From an uncultured Thiohalocapsa sp. (GTDB lineage: Bacteria > Pseudomonadota > Gammaproteobacteria > Chromatiales > Chromatiaceae): a stretch of 64,000 nucleotides of DNA. Under the pieces are notes generated by a model. It was given only the letters and a program-made list of their open reading frames with translations. It did no database searches and had not been told where the DNA came from. The translations under genes and the position numbers were made by a program. Shown here piece by piece: positions 1 through 9,336 of this stretch (position 1 is its first letter; each line of letters opens with the position of its first letter). The stretch is taken from positions 2,320-66,319 of the forward strand of contig NZ_CAJXWY010000016.1 of assembly GCF_913062725.1 (NCBI RefSeq). The letters are read 5' to 3'.

Positions 1-2
1 CC

Positions 3-608
3 CTGCGCGTCGGCGTCGGCGGCCCCGTCGGCTCCGGCAAGACGGCACTGCTGGATGCCCTGTGCAAACGCCTGCGCGGCGAGTACGAGATCGCCGTGGT
101 CACCAACGACATCTATACCCGCGAGGACGCGGAGTTCCTGATCCACTCCAAGGCGCTGGACGCCGCGCGCATCGTTGGGGTGGAGACCGGCGGCTGTCCG
201 CACACGGCGATCCGCGAGGATGCCTCCATGAATCTCGCCGCCGTCGAGGACCTGCAGGCACGCTTTCCGGCGCTCGACATCATCTTCATCGAGAGCGGTG
301 GCGATAACCTGGCGGCCACCTTCAGCCCGGAGCTCGCCGATCTCACTATCTACGTCATCGACGTGTCTGAGGGAGAGAAGATCCCGCGCAAGGGCGGGCC
401 TGGCATTACCCGCTCGAATCTGCTGGTCATCAACAAGATCGATCTGGCGCCCTACGTGGGTGCGTCGCTGGACGTCATGGCGCGGGATGCCGCGCGCATG
501 CGCGGCGAGCGTCCGTTCGTGCTCACCAACCTGCGCACCGGCGAGGGCCTGGATGCGGTGGTGGACATGGTCCGCCGCGAGGGACTGCTGTCGGCGGCGG
601 CTGGCTGA
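3..608 (+). CDS. ureG: Urease accessory GTPase UreG (5'-truncated by the window edge)
   Basis: Frame from nt 3 reads [17 protein letters not shown] (P-loop), then [15 protein letters not shown] and NKIDL motifs. Confidence 0.95.
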   Translation: MRVGVGGPVGSGKTALLDALCKRLRGEYEIAVVTNDIYTREDAEFLIHSKALDAARIVGVETGGCPHTAIREDASMNLAAVEDLQARFPALDIIFIESGGDNLAATFSPELADLTIYVIDVSEGEKIPRKGGPGITRSNLLVINKIDLAPYVGASLDVMARDAARMRGERPFVLTNLRTGEGLDAVVDMVRREGLLSAAAG

Positions 609-615
609 GCCGATC

Positions 616-957
616 ATGACCAAGGTCAGCACGTACCGCCAGACCTGGGCGCGGCGGCTTGCGCTCGCGCCACTCGTGGTGCCGATCAAGGCCTACCAGT
701 ACATCATCTCGCCGCTGATCGGCCCGCGCTGTCGTTTCCTGCCCACCTGCTCCGATTATGCGTTGGAGGCGCTGGCCCGGCACGGTGCCGTGCGCGGTGG
801 CTGGCTCACGCTGCGGCGTCTCTGCCGTTGCCATCCCTGGGGCGACTCGGGCTTCGATCCGGTACCGCCTGTGTGTGGCGAAGCGCGGTGCGGGCAGCCC
901 GCCGAGGATACCGAAGCACCCGGCGACGCCACGCGTCCTGGCCCGCCTCGACGGTAA
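616..957 (+). CDS. yidD: Membrane protein insertion efficiency factor YidD
   Basis: [22 protein letters not shown]...[17 protein letters not shown] signature with three Cys; ATG at 616. Confidence 0.88.
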   Translation: MTKVSTYRQTWARRLALAPLVVPIKAYQYIISPLIGPRCRFLPTCSDYALEALARHGAVRGGWLTLRRLCRCHPWGDSGFDPVPPVCGEARCGQPAEDTEAPGDATRPGPPRR

Positions 958-1011
958 TCCCGGACCACCAAGGCCCACCGCCCACGACCACTGACAACGG
1001 GTGACGACGCC

Positions 1012-2184
1012 ATGAGCGAGACCCACACCACCGAGGCCCAAGCACCGGCCCGGTCGCCGGTCCTGCCGCGTGCACAACACGACCCGGCCATGGAAGCCGC
1101 CATCCGTATCGGGCTCCTCGGTGCCCTGTTGCTGCTGTGTTATCGCATTATGGAGCCCTTCCTGGTGCCCATCGCCTGGGGCATTATCCTGGCGGTGGCG
1201 ACCTGGCCGGGCTACCGGCGCTTACTGGACCTGCTGGGTGGACGGCCTGCGCTCGCGTCGGTGGCGTTCGTGCTCATCGCGCTGTTGGTGCTGCTGGTAC
1301 CGGTGGCGATGCTGAGCGGCACCGTGGCCCATGGGGCGGAGTGGCTCGCGCAGGGATTCCAGAGTGGTGATCTGCAGCTGCCGGCGCCGCCCGATCTCAG
1401 CGGCGTGCCCCTCATCGGCCCGGATCTCGAGTCCCTCTGGCGCGACGCCTCGACCAACATCGAGGGCACCCTGCGCTCGCTCGAGCCGCAGCTGAAGGCG
1501 ATGGGCGGCTGGCTGCTACATCTTGCCACCAGTGCCGGCATGGGCCTGTTGCACTTCGTGCTGGCGATTTTCATCGCCGGCGTCCTGCTCGCGAAGAGCG
1601 ATACCGGCCGTCGCGCGGCCGATGCCATCGGCTGGCGCCTGGCGGGCAGACGCGGTCTGCGCTTCGTGCGCCTGGCGGAGGACGTGGTGCGCAGTGTCTC
1701 CCGCGGCATTCTCGGTGTGGCGTTGATCCAGGCGGTGCTGGCGGGGCTCGGCATGCTGGCCGCGGGCGTGCCCATGGCGGGGCTCTGGGCGCTGGTGGCG
1801 CTGCTGTTGGCGGTGGTGCAGATTGGCGCCTTTCCGGTGTTGCTGCCGGTCATCATCTATCTGTTCTATACCGCTGACCTCAGTACGGCGGTGCTGTTCG
1901 CCCTGTGGTCGCTGTTCGTCGGCTCCATCGACAATGTGCTCAAGCCCGTGCTGTTGGGCCGTGGCGCCGCGGTGCCCATGCCGGTGATCTTCATCGGCGC
2001 CATCGGCGGTTTCATCGCCGCCGGCATCATCGGCCTGTTCGTGGGTGCCGTGATCCTGGCCCTGGGCTATGAGCTGTTCCTGGCCTGGCTGGCGGCGGTG
2101 GCGCCGCCCGGCGTCGAACCGGGCGGCGCGGCTGTGGCATCCGCGCAGAAGCCGATGACCGGCGACGCGGCCATCGGCGACTGA
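1012..2184 (+). CDS. AI-2E family transporter (YdiK-like)
   Basis: Multi-TM protein with SIDNVLKPVLLG and GAIGGFIAAGIIGLFVGAVILAL motifs. Confidence 0.88.
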   Translation: MSETHTTEAQAPARSPVLPRAQHDPAMEAAIRIGLLGALLLLCYRIMEPFLVPIAWGIILAVATWPGYRRLLDLLGGRPALASVAFVLIALLVLLVPVAMLSGTVAHGAEWLAQGFQSGDLQLPAPPDLSGVPLIGPDLESLWRDASTNIEGTLRSLEPQLKAMGGWLLHLATSAGMGLLHFVLAIFIAGVLLAKSDTGRRAADAIGWRLAGRRGLRFVRLAEDVVRSVSRGILGVALIQAVLAGLGMLAAGVPMAGLWALVALLLAVVQIGAFPVLLPVIIYLFYTADLSTAVLFALWSLFVGSIDNVLKPVLLGRGAAVPMPVIFIGAIGGFIAAGIIGLFVGAVILALGYELFLAWLAAVAPPGVEPGGAAVASAQKPMTGDAAIGD

Positions 2185-2224
2185 GCCGCCTTCCGGGCCG
2201 TGCCTGTTGGCTTGGCTGGTGGCG

Positions 2225-2404
2225 TCAATGATGCGATTTCAGCAAGAGCCGCAGAATCTTGAAGTTGATGATCCAGAACCGAAAGAACTGCCAGACAATG
2301 CTGGTGCGCAGCCAACGGACGAGCTTGGTGGGCACCGGCGGATAGTAGGCCTGCTGATAGGGCTCTTTGTTTTTGGGCCTTGGTGTCAGGGTGTCGGTGG
2401 ACAT
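2225..2404 (-). CDS. 59-aa small amphipathic membrane-associated protein downstream of sqrD (absent from the ORF track)
   Basis: Manual translation: MSTDTLTPRPKNKEPYQQAYYPPVPTKLVRWLRTSIVWQFFRFWIINFKILRLLLKSHH*. GAGG RBS about 9-12 nt upstream; mostly G/C third codon positions; fills an otherwise empty gap, co-oriented with sqrD. Confidence 0.75.
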   Translation of the reverse strand: MSTDTLTPRPKNKEPYQQAYYPPVPTKLVRWLRTSIVWQFFRFWIINFKILRLLLKSHH

Positions 2405-2528
2405 GGCGCAACCTCTGCATGCATGACAGGATTAGGTGGATCCGATGCGCCCGCAGCCGGGCCGACCGCTGTGCGGTGCCGCCGGGGCCACGGGTGCTCG
2501 CCCGGGTGTAAGGCGCGTCCCAGTCCGC

Positions 2529-3986
2529 TCAGTCCGGGAGCACAGACCAGCCCGGGCGCAGCTTGGCCTGATACATGAAGACGTGGTGCAGGATGTACTT
2601 CATCCAGTGGCCGGCGAGACCGATCTCGCCGAAGGTCAGGTGCATGTCACGGCCGTACTCCGGGTAGGTCTCATAGTCCGGCACCACGGGGAACACCGTC
2701 ATGGTGGCCGCCGTGCCCTTGAGCACATGGAAGCCCGTGGAGGCGACACAGGCGGCGCCCATCTCCGCCATGGAGGCCGAGTGGCTCAGCTCGGTGGCGC
2801 CCTGCAGCAAATCGCGGATGTTTTCCGCCACGGCCTTGCCGATGGCCGCCGAGGGCATGCCCGTGCGCGGCGGCGTCGGACTGATGGGCGTGCCGCTGGG
2901 GCTCTTCATGGGCTTGCTGATGGGGTGGGGCGGTGCGAAGGCGATACCGATGGCGAAGATGTTCTTGTACTTGGGCGTCTGGTAGGTGCGCGGCCAATCG
3001 GCCTTGCTCCACTCCTCGTAGGGCTTCGGCGTGTAGTCGCCGTCCACCTTCATGAAGCCGTTGGGGGCGAAGAGCTCGGCGGTGATGTCGGTTCCGCCGG
3101 CGTCGAAGGCCTTGAGCGGTTGGCCGGCGAAGGGCGGAATCAGCATTGCGAAGTCGAACGCCAGCGTGTGCTCACTGCCGTCGAGCAGCTCGTACGTGAG
3201 CTCGCCGGGCTGCACCTGTTTGACGGCGGCACGCACGATCCACTCGATGCCACGCTCCACCATGAGCGACTCGGCGAACACCTTGCCGTTGGTGATGTAG
3301 CCACCGCGCTTGATATGCACGCCACCCATGCCGAAGTCGCCGAGCTCGTACTCGTTGCTGATCCACACCAGCCGGCCCTTGTCGCGCACACCGGCCTGGC
3401 GCAGCATGTGGTCGACGTTGTAGATGTACTCGAAGGCGGCGCCCTGACAGGTGCACATGCCGTGCCCCGTGCCGACCACGAAGGTCTTCTGCTGGCCCTG
3501 TCGCATGGCTGCGATGGCCGCCTGCAGCTGCTCGTTGGCGTGCAGCGCATGCTGCGGTGTGCATACGGAGGTGGTATAGCCGCCGTCCGGCCCCAGGCCC
3601 GGGGTGGCGCCGAAGTTGAGCTTGGGCCCCGTGGCGTTGACGAGATAGTCGTAAGACAGCGTCGTGGTCTCACCGGCGCGGTCCGGGTCCGTATACTCGA
3701 TGGTGACGTGCGGCTCCCGTATGGCGCCGCCGCCATCGGGGTGTATGGATAACGCCCGGGCCTGGTGGAACTTGACGTTGATCTTACGGTAGATCGGTGC
3801 GAGCGCGAAGGTGACCTGCTTTTCGGTCATCTCGCCGACACCCACCCAGATGTTCGATGGGATCCAGTTCCACTTGGCGTTCGGCGACACCACGCTGACC
3901 TCGTGCTCGTTACCGATCCACTTGCCGAGATAGCGGGCGGTTGTGTGTCCGGAAATGCCGGCACCCAAAATCAGAATACGTGCCAT
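2529..3986 (-). CDS. sqrD: Sulfide:quinone oxidoreductase, type IV (SqrD-like)
   Basis: GAGISG FAD motif; WNWIPSNIWVGVG; LVNATGPKL; SVCT; CTCQGAAFEY; PPRTGMPS; AACVAS; C-terminal amphipathic helix; 485 aa; strong GAGGAGG RBS. Confidence 0.85.
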   Translation of the reverse strand: MARILILGAGISGHTTARYLGKWIGNEHEVSVVSPNAKWNWIPSNIWVGVGEMTEKQVTFALAPIYRKINVKFHQARALSIHPDGGGAIREPHVTIEYTDPDRAGETTTLSYDYLVNATGPKLNFGATPGLGPDGGYTTSVCTPQHALHANEQLQAAIAAMRQGQQKTFVVGTGHGMCTCQGAAFEYIYNVDHMLRQAGVRDKGRLVWISNEYELGDFGMGGVHIKRGGYITNGKVFAESLMVERGIEWIVRAAVKQVQPGELTYELLDGSEHTLAFDFAMLIPPFAGQPLKAFDAGGTDITAELFAPNGFMKVDGDYTPKPYEEWSKADWPRTYQTPKYKNIFAIGIAFAPPHPISKPMKSPSGTPISPTPPRTGMPSAAIGKAVAENIRDLLQGATELSHSASMAEMGAACVASTGFHVLKGTAATMTVFPVVPDYETYPEYGRDMHLTFGEIGLAGHWMKYILHHVFMYQAKLRPGWSVLPD

Positions 3987-4190
3987 GGGGTGACCTCCTC
4001 TGATGATCGCCCGCCTACGCTACTCCCCTTGGCGTGCGCCGGACAAAGACACAGATCAATGGCGATGGAGCTTGAACGATTGGCTGGATTCAGGCTTTCG
4101 CGGCCGTGACCCTGTCAGCCGTGCGGCGGCCTCGCCGCGGGACTGACCGGGCGCCGAGACGTCCCCGGCCAACTGCGGCCACGATCGCCA

Positions 4191-5474
4191 CTACCCGCTG
4201 CGCCGCGCCCAGACCGCATGCAGCGGATCGGATAGGGTGAGCCTGCGCGCGTAGCGGTCGTCCGCGGGCCTCGGCAAACCGCGCAGGCTCCAGGTGTTGA
4301 GGGCCCGAAAGCAGTCCGTGGCGCGGAAATACTCCAGCACCAGCCCGGGACGCTCGAATGCGTGCAGTTCCTGCCAGAGGCGGATGGCCTTGGTGGGGAA
4401 CCAGCGATTGGAGAAGGTCATCACCGCGATGCCGCCCGGGCGGAGCACCCGGCCCAGCTCACGGAACACCGCGAAGGGGTTGGTGAGGTATTCCACCGAC
4501 ACGGTGCAAACGACGGCGTCGAAGGTTGCGTCCGCGCAAGGTAGGCGTGGCTCGGTGTTGAGGTCGTGGAGCATCCGCTGCGTGAGCGCCGGATTCCGTG
4601 CCAGCTCCTCCGCGTTCATGCCGACGCCGGCGACCTGTGCCGGCGCCAGCGCGGCGGGCAGGTGGGAATGCCAGCTGGCCATCAGATCCAGGATGCGGCT
4701 GCGGCGGGGGATGAGGCGGCCGTACAGTGCCCGGATCTCGGCGATGGCGGCGCTGTCCAGGTGGTCCACCAGCCGTGGGCGGGCGTAAAACCCCGGGTCG
4801 TCGTCATCCGCGCGCAGGAATGGCTCATCGGCGAAGAAATCCGTCGGCTGGTCCCGCCAGCGGCCCTGCATGCCGGGTCCGTTGGCGGTGAGCAGCGCGC
4901 GAAGGTCCTTGGGCGAGTCCTCCCCGGCGACGACCGGGCCCGTCGTCGGCGCGGAGATGCTGCCGGTACAAACCTCCAGGGGCTTGCCGGCCAGCGGGTG
5001 GTTGAAGTCGATCCTGAGGCTGTGGGTGTCGACATCGACGACGCGCAGGGGTGCGCCGCCGCCGGGCTGGTCCCGGGCGGTCACCAGGAGGCTTCCGGGG
5101 TAGAAGCGTCCCCGCCGCGGCTGTATCGGCCCCCCGCCGAGATCGCGCCCATCGAATGTGCTCGGTTGTACGGTCACGAGGCCTTGGGGATCCCAGTCCG
5201 CCAGTAGCTCGCCGGGCGCGAAGCGGTGGGTCGTGACAGCGCCTGCGGGCGTGTCCGTCACCGCTTGCGCCAGTGGCTCCGGCAGTACGGCCTGCGCCAG
5301 TTGCGCCCGGGGCAGGACGAGGCTGTCGCAGTGCTGCACGCCATCGCTGCGCCAATGCAGATCCAGGCGTAAATCGAGCGGTGGGGTCGCGATGTCGGGA
5401 ACGCTTGCGCGCGGGGCTCGGCGACCTGTGTCGGCCGCGGGCGCCCCGCTGCTCGCCGGGGACTGGCTCGTCAT
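4191..5474 (-). CDS. Fusion of FKBP/SlyD-like N-terminal domain and class I SAM-dependent methyltransferase
   Basis: LRIDFNHPLAGKPLEV (SlyD-type FKBP motif), followed by RLVDHLD..ILDLMASWHSHLP..FDAVVCTVSVEYL..TFSNRWFPTKA (methyltransferase). Confidence 0.75.
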   Translation of the reverse strand: MTSQSPASSGAPAADTGRRAPRASVPDIATPPLDLRLDLHWRSDGVQHCDSLVLPRAQLAQAVLPEPLAQAVTDTPAGAVTTHRFAPGELLADWDPQGLVTVQPSTFDGRDLGGGPIQPRRGRFYPGSLLVTARDQPGGGAPLRVVDVDTHSLRIDFNHPLAGKPLEVCTGSISAPTTGPVVAGEDSPKDLRALLTANGPGMQGRWRDQPTDFFADEPFLRADDDDPGFYARPRLVDHLDSAAIAEIRALYGRLIPRRSRILDLMASWHSHLPAALAPAQVAGVGMNAEELARNPALTQRMLHDLNTEPRLPCADATFDAVVCTVSVEYLTNPFAVFRELGRVLRPGGIAVMTFSNRWFPTKAIRLWQELHAFERPGLVLEYFRATDCFRALNTWSLRGLPRPADDRYARRLTLSDPLHAVWARRSG

Positions 5475-5539
5475 GACAGTGGCCGTCGCAGCTTCATCGG
5501 TATGCCAGTGGTGGCGGTGCCCGGCTCGGTCGACGCGGC

Positions 5540-7105
5540 TCAGGTGCTGGCTGCCGGTGCACGCTCACCGTGTTGCCGGCCCAGCAATGCACGCACCAAT
5601 GCCACCACCTGCAGCAGCAGGAACAGCGTGAACGGCAGGGCGCCGATGATGGCCACGGCCTTGTTCACATCGACATCGTTGCGCAGCAGGAGTCCGGCGG
5701 TGAGCGCCGTCAGTAACAGGCCCCAGCCGAGCTTGCTGGTCAGGTCCGGCTGGGTGCGGCCGCTCGACAGCATACCGAGCACAAAACAGGCCGAGTCCGC
5801 GCTGGTGACCATGAATATGAACAGGAGTGCGCACACCAGCCATGCCAGCAAGTTGCCCGATGGCAGGGCATCCAGCCACAGGAATAGGGGGCGTGTGTAA
5901 TGCTCGGCCAGGGATGCGTGCAGCAGCTCGCCCTCCGCCGCATCGTAGGCCAGGGCACCGCCGCCGAGCACGGCGAACCACAGCATGGAGACCAGCGTCG
6001 GCACCAGGATCGCGCCCAGCAGGAAAGTACGCAGCGTTCGCCCCCGGCTGATACGGGCGATGAAGAGCCCAACGAAGGGTGTCCAGGCGATCCACCAGAC
6101 CAGGTAGGTGATGGTCCAGTCGCCGGCCCAGTCGTCCGTGGCGGGCGCATCGGCGGCGTGCATACGGATGGGCGCCAGCGACCAGTCCGGCATGGCGGCG
6201 AGCCAGGTGCCCAACGCCTCGACGCCGAGCGCAGCCACCGCAGCGGGGTTGCCGAGTACCAGCAATGCCAGCATCAGCGCCAGCGCGGTGGCCAGATTCA
6301 GATTACTGAGCCAGCGGATGCCGCCGCCGATACCCGTGGCCGCCGAGCCCGTGAAGGCCGCCGCCAGGAGCGCCAGCAAGGCCAGCTGCAGGCCCATGCT
6401 GGACGCCGTCCAGCCGATGGCAGAGTCGATGCCCGCCTGCAGCAGGATGATGCTGTTGGCCAGCGCCCCGGCGACGCCGAAGATCACGGCGGCGACGCCC
6501 ACCAGATCCGCCGCGCGCCCGAGGGCGTGACACAGCGGCCCGGGGAGCCAGCCGCGCCAGCCGGCGGCGATGCTGGCGGATGGCGTCTCCGGGAGGCCGC
6601 GACGGGTATGAAACCAGGCGATGGCCAACGCCGCCAGCGCGTAGATGGCCCAGGCATGCAGGCCCCAGTGGAACCAGGTGATGGCCATGGCCGTCGCCTC
6701 GGCACCCGTCGTGCTCACGGCGCCGGCGGCCAGGGTTTGGCTGTGCGTCAGGGGCTCGGCGACGCCCCAGAAGACCAGGCCCGAGCCCATGCCCGCCGCG
6801 AAGAGCATGGCGAGCCAGGACAGCAGACTAAACTCTGGTGTCGCCTCCGGTGGGCCCAGGCGAAGTCGCCCCGCCGGGCTCACGACGATCAGCGAGCCGA
6901 GCACGAGCAGGGCGGTGGCGAACAGCAGCACCAGCCAGCCGGCGGTATCCACGATCGCGCCGGTGATGGCGCCGATGGCGCTGGTGGCGGCCGCCGGCCA
7001 GCCCAGGATCCACAAGGTGAGCAGGGCGACCACCGCCAGCGCCGCTCGGGTCCCGCGACGTCGGTCAGCGACAAGCTGTGGCTGGCTCGGGGGCGGTGTG
7101 TGCAT
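5540..7105 (-). CDS. BCCT family (betaine/carnitine/choline) transporter
   Basis: SWLAMLFAAGMGSGLVFWGVAEP; HWGLHAWAIY; WTITYLVWWIAWTPFVGLFIARISRGRT. Confidence 0.93.
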   Translation of the reverse strand: MHTPPPSQPQLVADRRRGTRAALAVVALLTLWILGWPAAATSAIGAITGAIVDTAGWLVLLFATALLVLGSLIVVSPAGRLRLGPPEATPEFSLLSWLAMLFAAGMGSGLVFWGVAEPLTHSQTLAAGAVSTTGAEATAMAITWFHWGLHAWAIYALAALAIAWFHTRRGLPETPSASIAAGWRGWLPGPLCHALGRAADLVGVAAVIFGVAGALANSIILLQAGIDSAIGWTASSMGLQLALLALLAAAFTGSAATGIGGGIRWLSNLNLATALALMLALLVLGNPAAVAALGVEALGTWLAAMPDWSLAPIRMHAADAPATDDWAGDWTITYLVWWIAWTPFVGLFIARISRGRTLRTFLLGAILVPTLVSMLWFAVLGGGALAYDAAEGELLHASLAEHYTRPLFLWLDALPSGNLLAWLVCALLFIFMVTSADSACFVLGMLSSGRTQPDLTSKLGWGLLLTALTAGLLLRNDVDVNKAVAIIGALPFTLFLLLQVVALVRALLGRQHGERAPAAST

Positions 7106-7245
7106 CAGGGGCAGGCGGTGGCGAGTGGCGGGGGCAGATGCCCGAACCGGGCGCCCCGGGTAGGACCGGCGCCGGTACGCGTTATCAGCCGAGACAGCGC
7201 GGCTCGCCGCACAGCGATCGGCGGGACAGGATCTGGGTCAAGGCA

Positions 7246-7260
7246 ATAATATAAGCTTAT
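7246..7260. promoter_or_regulatory. Perfect ATAA-N7-TTAT dyad (LysR-type T-N11-A box candidate)
   Basis: ATAATATAAGCTTAT in an AT-rich patch within GC-rich DNA, between divergent starts at 7105(-) and 7334(+). Confidence 0.5.
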
Positions 7261-7333
7261 GCTAATGTACCGATTGAGATGCCGCCGGCCGATGGGCCGG
7301 GGCGAACGGTTGCTGTCGTCGCAGGAGGTGGTC

Positions 7334-7549
7334 ATGTTTCCTTCGCTGGTCGCCAGTGGTTTGACGTTGGTGCTCGCCGCGGCCAGCCAGGTGGCGGCCG
7401 AAGGTGGCGCAACGGTCGCCGTCGCGCAGTCATCGGTGCCCTTGGTGGCCCAGACCCCCGACGCCACCGCCGCTCCGGACCCCGCCCGGTTACCAGGTGG
7501 CGGCTTGTTCCGCCTGGACCAAGGCACCGGTGGTGGCGACGGCGGGTGA
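7334..7549 (+). CDS. Putative 71-aa secreted small protein
   Basis: AGGAGGT RBS directly upstream of ATG 7334; signal-peptide-like N-terminus MFPSLVASGLTLVLAAASQVAA; overlaps the 3' end of the agmatine deiminase ORF by 60 nt. Confidence 0.45.
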   Translation: MFPSLVASGLTLVLAAASQVAAEGGATVAVAQSSVPLVAQTPDATAAPDPARLPGGGLFRLDQGTGGGDGG

Positions 7550-8596
7550 CGCCATGCGCCATTGCCCGGCGGCCCGGGGCAGTTGCATGGTGATGCAGTG
7601 CAGGCTGCCGCCTTGGCGGATGAGCGCCCGGCAATCGATGATCTCCACGCGACGCCCGGGAAAGCAGGTGGCGAGCCGCTCGGCGGCGACGGCATCGGCG
7701 GCATCGCCGTAGCCCGGCAGTAGCACCGCGCCATTGATGATCAGGAAATTGGCGTAGCTGGCGGCCAGCACACGCGCGTGCGCATCCGTGAGCGGCGCCG
7801 GTGCCGGTAGCGGCACCAGTTGGTAGGGACGGCCGTCGTCACCGCGCAGCGCGGCCAGTTCCGAGCGGAGCCCGGCGAGGGCGGCCCGCTCCGTCGCAGA
7901 GGCGCTCGGGTGGGCGGTGACATGGCAAATGACGGCGGGCGCACAAAAGCGTGCCAGGGTATCGATGTGACCGTCGGTGTCGTCGCCGTCGAGCTGCCCC
8001 TGTTCCAGCCACAGACAGCGGCGGATGCCGAGCGTCCTCGCGAGCTCCGCCTCGACCGTCGCCTGCTGCCAGCCCGGATTGCGTGCGGGGTCCAGCAGCG
8101 TACGGCGGACCGCCAGGAGCGTGCCCGCGCCGTTGGTATCCACGGCACCGCCCTCCAGCACGAGCCGGCTCGTGATCAGCGGCGCCGTCCCGAGCCAGCC
8201 GCCGGCGTGCAGGTGCCCTGTGATGCGGTCATCGAGGTCGGCCGCGAACTTGGCGCCCCAGCCGTTGAAACGGAAATCCACCGGCCGCGCCCCGCCGGCG
8301 CTGTCCAGGACCGTGAGTGGGCCGTGATCCCGTGTCCAGGTGTCGTTGCTGGGTGCGATGGCGAGCGCCGCCGCATCGGGGGCGATGCCGTGTGCGACGA
8401 GGCGCGCGCGCACGTGCCGGCGGTGATCGGTGTCGTGGCAGACGACCAGCAGGCGCTGGCGGGCCGTGATGGCGGCGGCGATCTGCAGGTAAACCGCCTC
8501 GACCGCGTCGATCTGCGCCGCCCAGTCCGTGGCCGGATGCGGCCAGGTCAGCAACACCGCGTACTGCGGCTCCCACTCCGCCGGCAGGCGTGCCAT
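7490..8596 (-). CDS. Agmatine deiminase / peptidylarginine deiminase family protein
   Basis: RLPAEWEPQ; NDTWTRDHGP; LEGGAVDTNG; DDTDGHID; ASYANF; GGSLHCITMQ. Confidence 0.92.
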   Translation of the reverse strand: MARLPAEWEPQYAVLLTWPHPATDWAAQIDAVEAVYLQIAAAITARQRLLVVCHDTDHRRHVRARLVAHGIAPDAAALAIAPSNDTWTRDHGPLTVLDSAGGARPVDFRFNGWGAKFAADLDDRITGHLHAGGWLGTAPLITSRLVLEGGAVDTNGAGTLLAVRRTLLDPARNPGWQQATVEAELARTLGIRRCLWLEQGQLDGDDTDGHIDTLARFCAPAVICHVTAHPSASATERAALAGLRSELAALRGDDGRPYQLVPLPAPAPLTDAHARVLAASYANFLIINGAVLLPGYGDAADAVAAERLATCFPGRRVEIIDCRALIRQGGSLHCITMQLPRAAGQWRMASPAVATTGALVQAEQAATW

Positions 8597-8654
8597 GGTG
8601 CAGGGGTGGGACTCAGACAGACGGCACGACGCGATGGCGCGGGTCAGGCGCGGG

Positions 8655-9260
8655 TCAGGCGGTTACCGAGCCCCGGGCCTTGCGCTCCTTGGCCGCCGTG
8701 CGCGCCGCCAGCGCGACGAACACATAGGCCCAGCCGTTGAAGATCAGCTCGATGGCGATGAAGAGGCCGATGACCCAGAGTCCGGACTGTGGCCATTCAA
8801 GCAGGATCATCACACCCAAAAGCACCGAGACGACGCCGGATAGCAGCGGCCACCACCAGCCCTTCGACGGGCGCACCTGAAAGGCCATGACGGCCCGCAG
8901 GATGCCGACGGCGATGAGGGCGTAGGCGATGATCAGCGTGAGCGACAATGCGGCGAGCTCGGTTTGCAGCAGCATCAGCAGGCCGGTACCCACGTAGAGC
9001 AGGGCGATGAGGACATGCCAGGCGATGCTCTTCCAGCCGCGGCACTTGATCGCATCCAGCAGCTGGAACACGCCGCCGACCACCAGGAGCACACCGAAGA
9101 ACACCACCGAGAACTCGGTCAGCAAAAAGGTCATGCCAAGCCCGAGTGTGCCCAGCACGATGGAGACCAGACCGAACAGCAACAGCCAGCCCCAGTTCCT
9201 TTCGAGCTCGCCGAAGACGGGCGGTGGTGGTGGTAGCAGCGTGCTGGAGTCGGTGCTCAT
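8655..9260 (-). CDS. HdeD/DUF308 family membrane protein
   Basis: NWGWLLLFGLVSIVLG; repeated TM hairpins; WPQSGLWVIGLFIAIELIFNGW. Confidence 0.88.
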   Translation of the reverse strand: MSTDSSTLLPPPPPVFGELERNWGWLLLFGLVSIVLGTLGLGMTFLLTEFSVVFFGVLLVVGGVFQLLDAIKCRGWKSIAWHVLIALLYVGTGLLMLLQTELAALSLTLIIAYALIAVGILRAVMAFQVRPSKGWWWPLLSGVVSVLLGVMILLEWPQSGLWVIGLFIAIELIFNGWAYVFVALAARTAAKERKARGSVTA

Positions 9261-9336
9261 GTTGCTCTCCTGGTCAGTGGGCATGCGGGGGTGGGACGCC
9301 GGTTGCCGGTCGCCGGGTCAGGGCGGAGCGCCGTGC

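Noticed and set aside
7242-7256. Possible sigma54 promoter in the AT-rich patch
   Set aside because: GG to GC spacing is 11, not the required 10.
8636-8657. 11-bp tandem repeat GGCGCGGGTCA x2 at the HdeD 3' end
   Set aside because: Two copies only in GC-rich DNA; no evidence of function.
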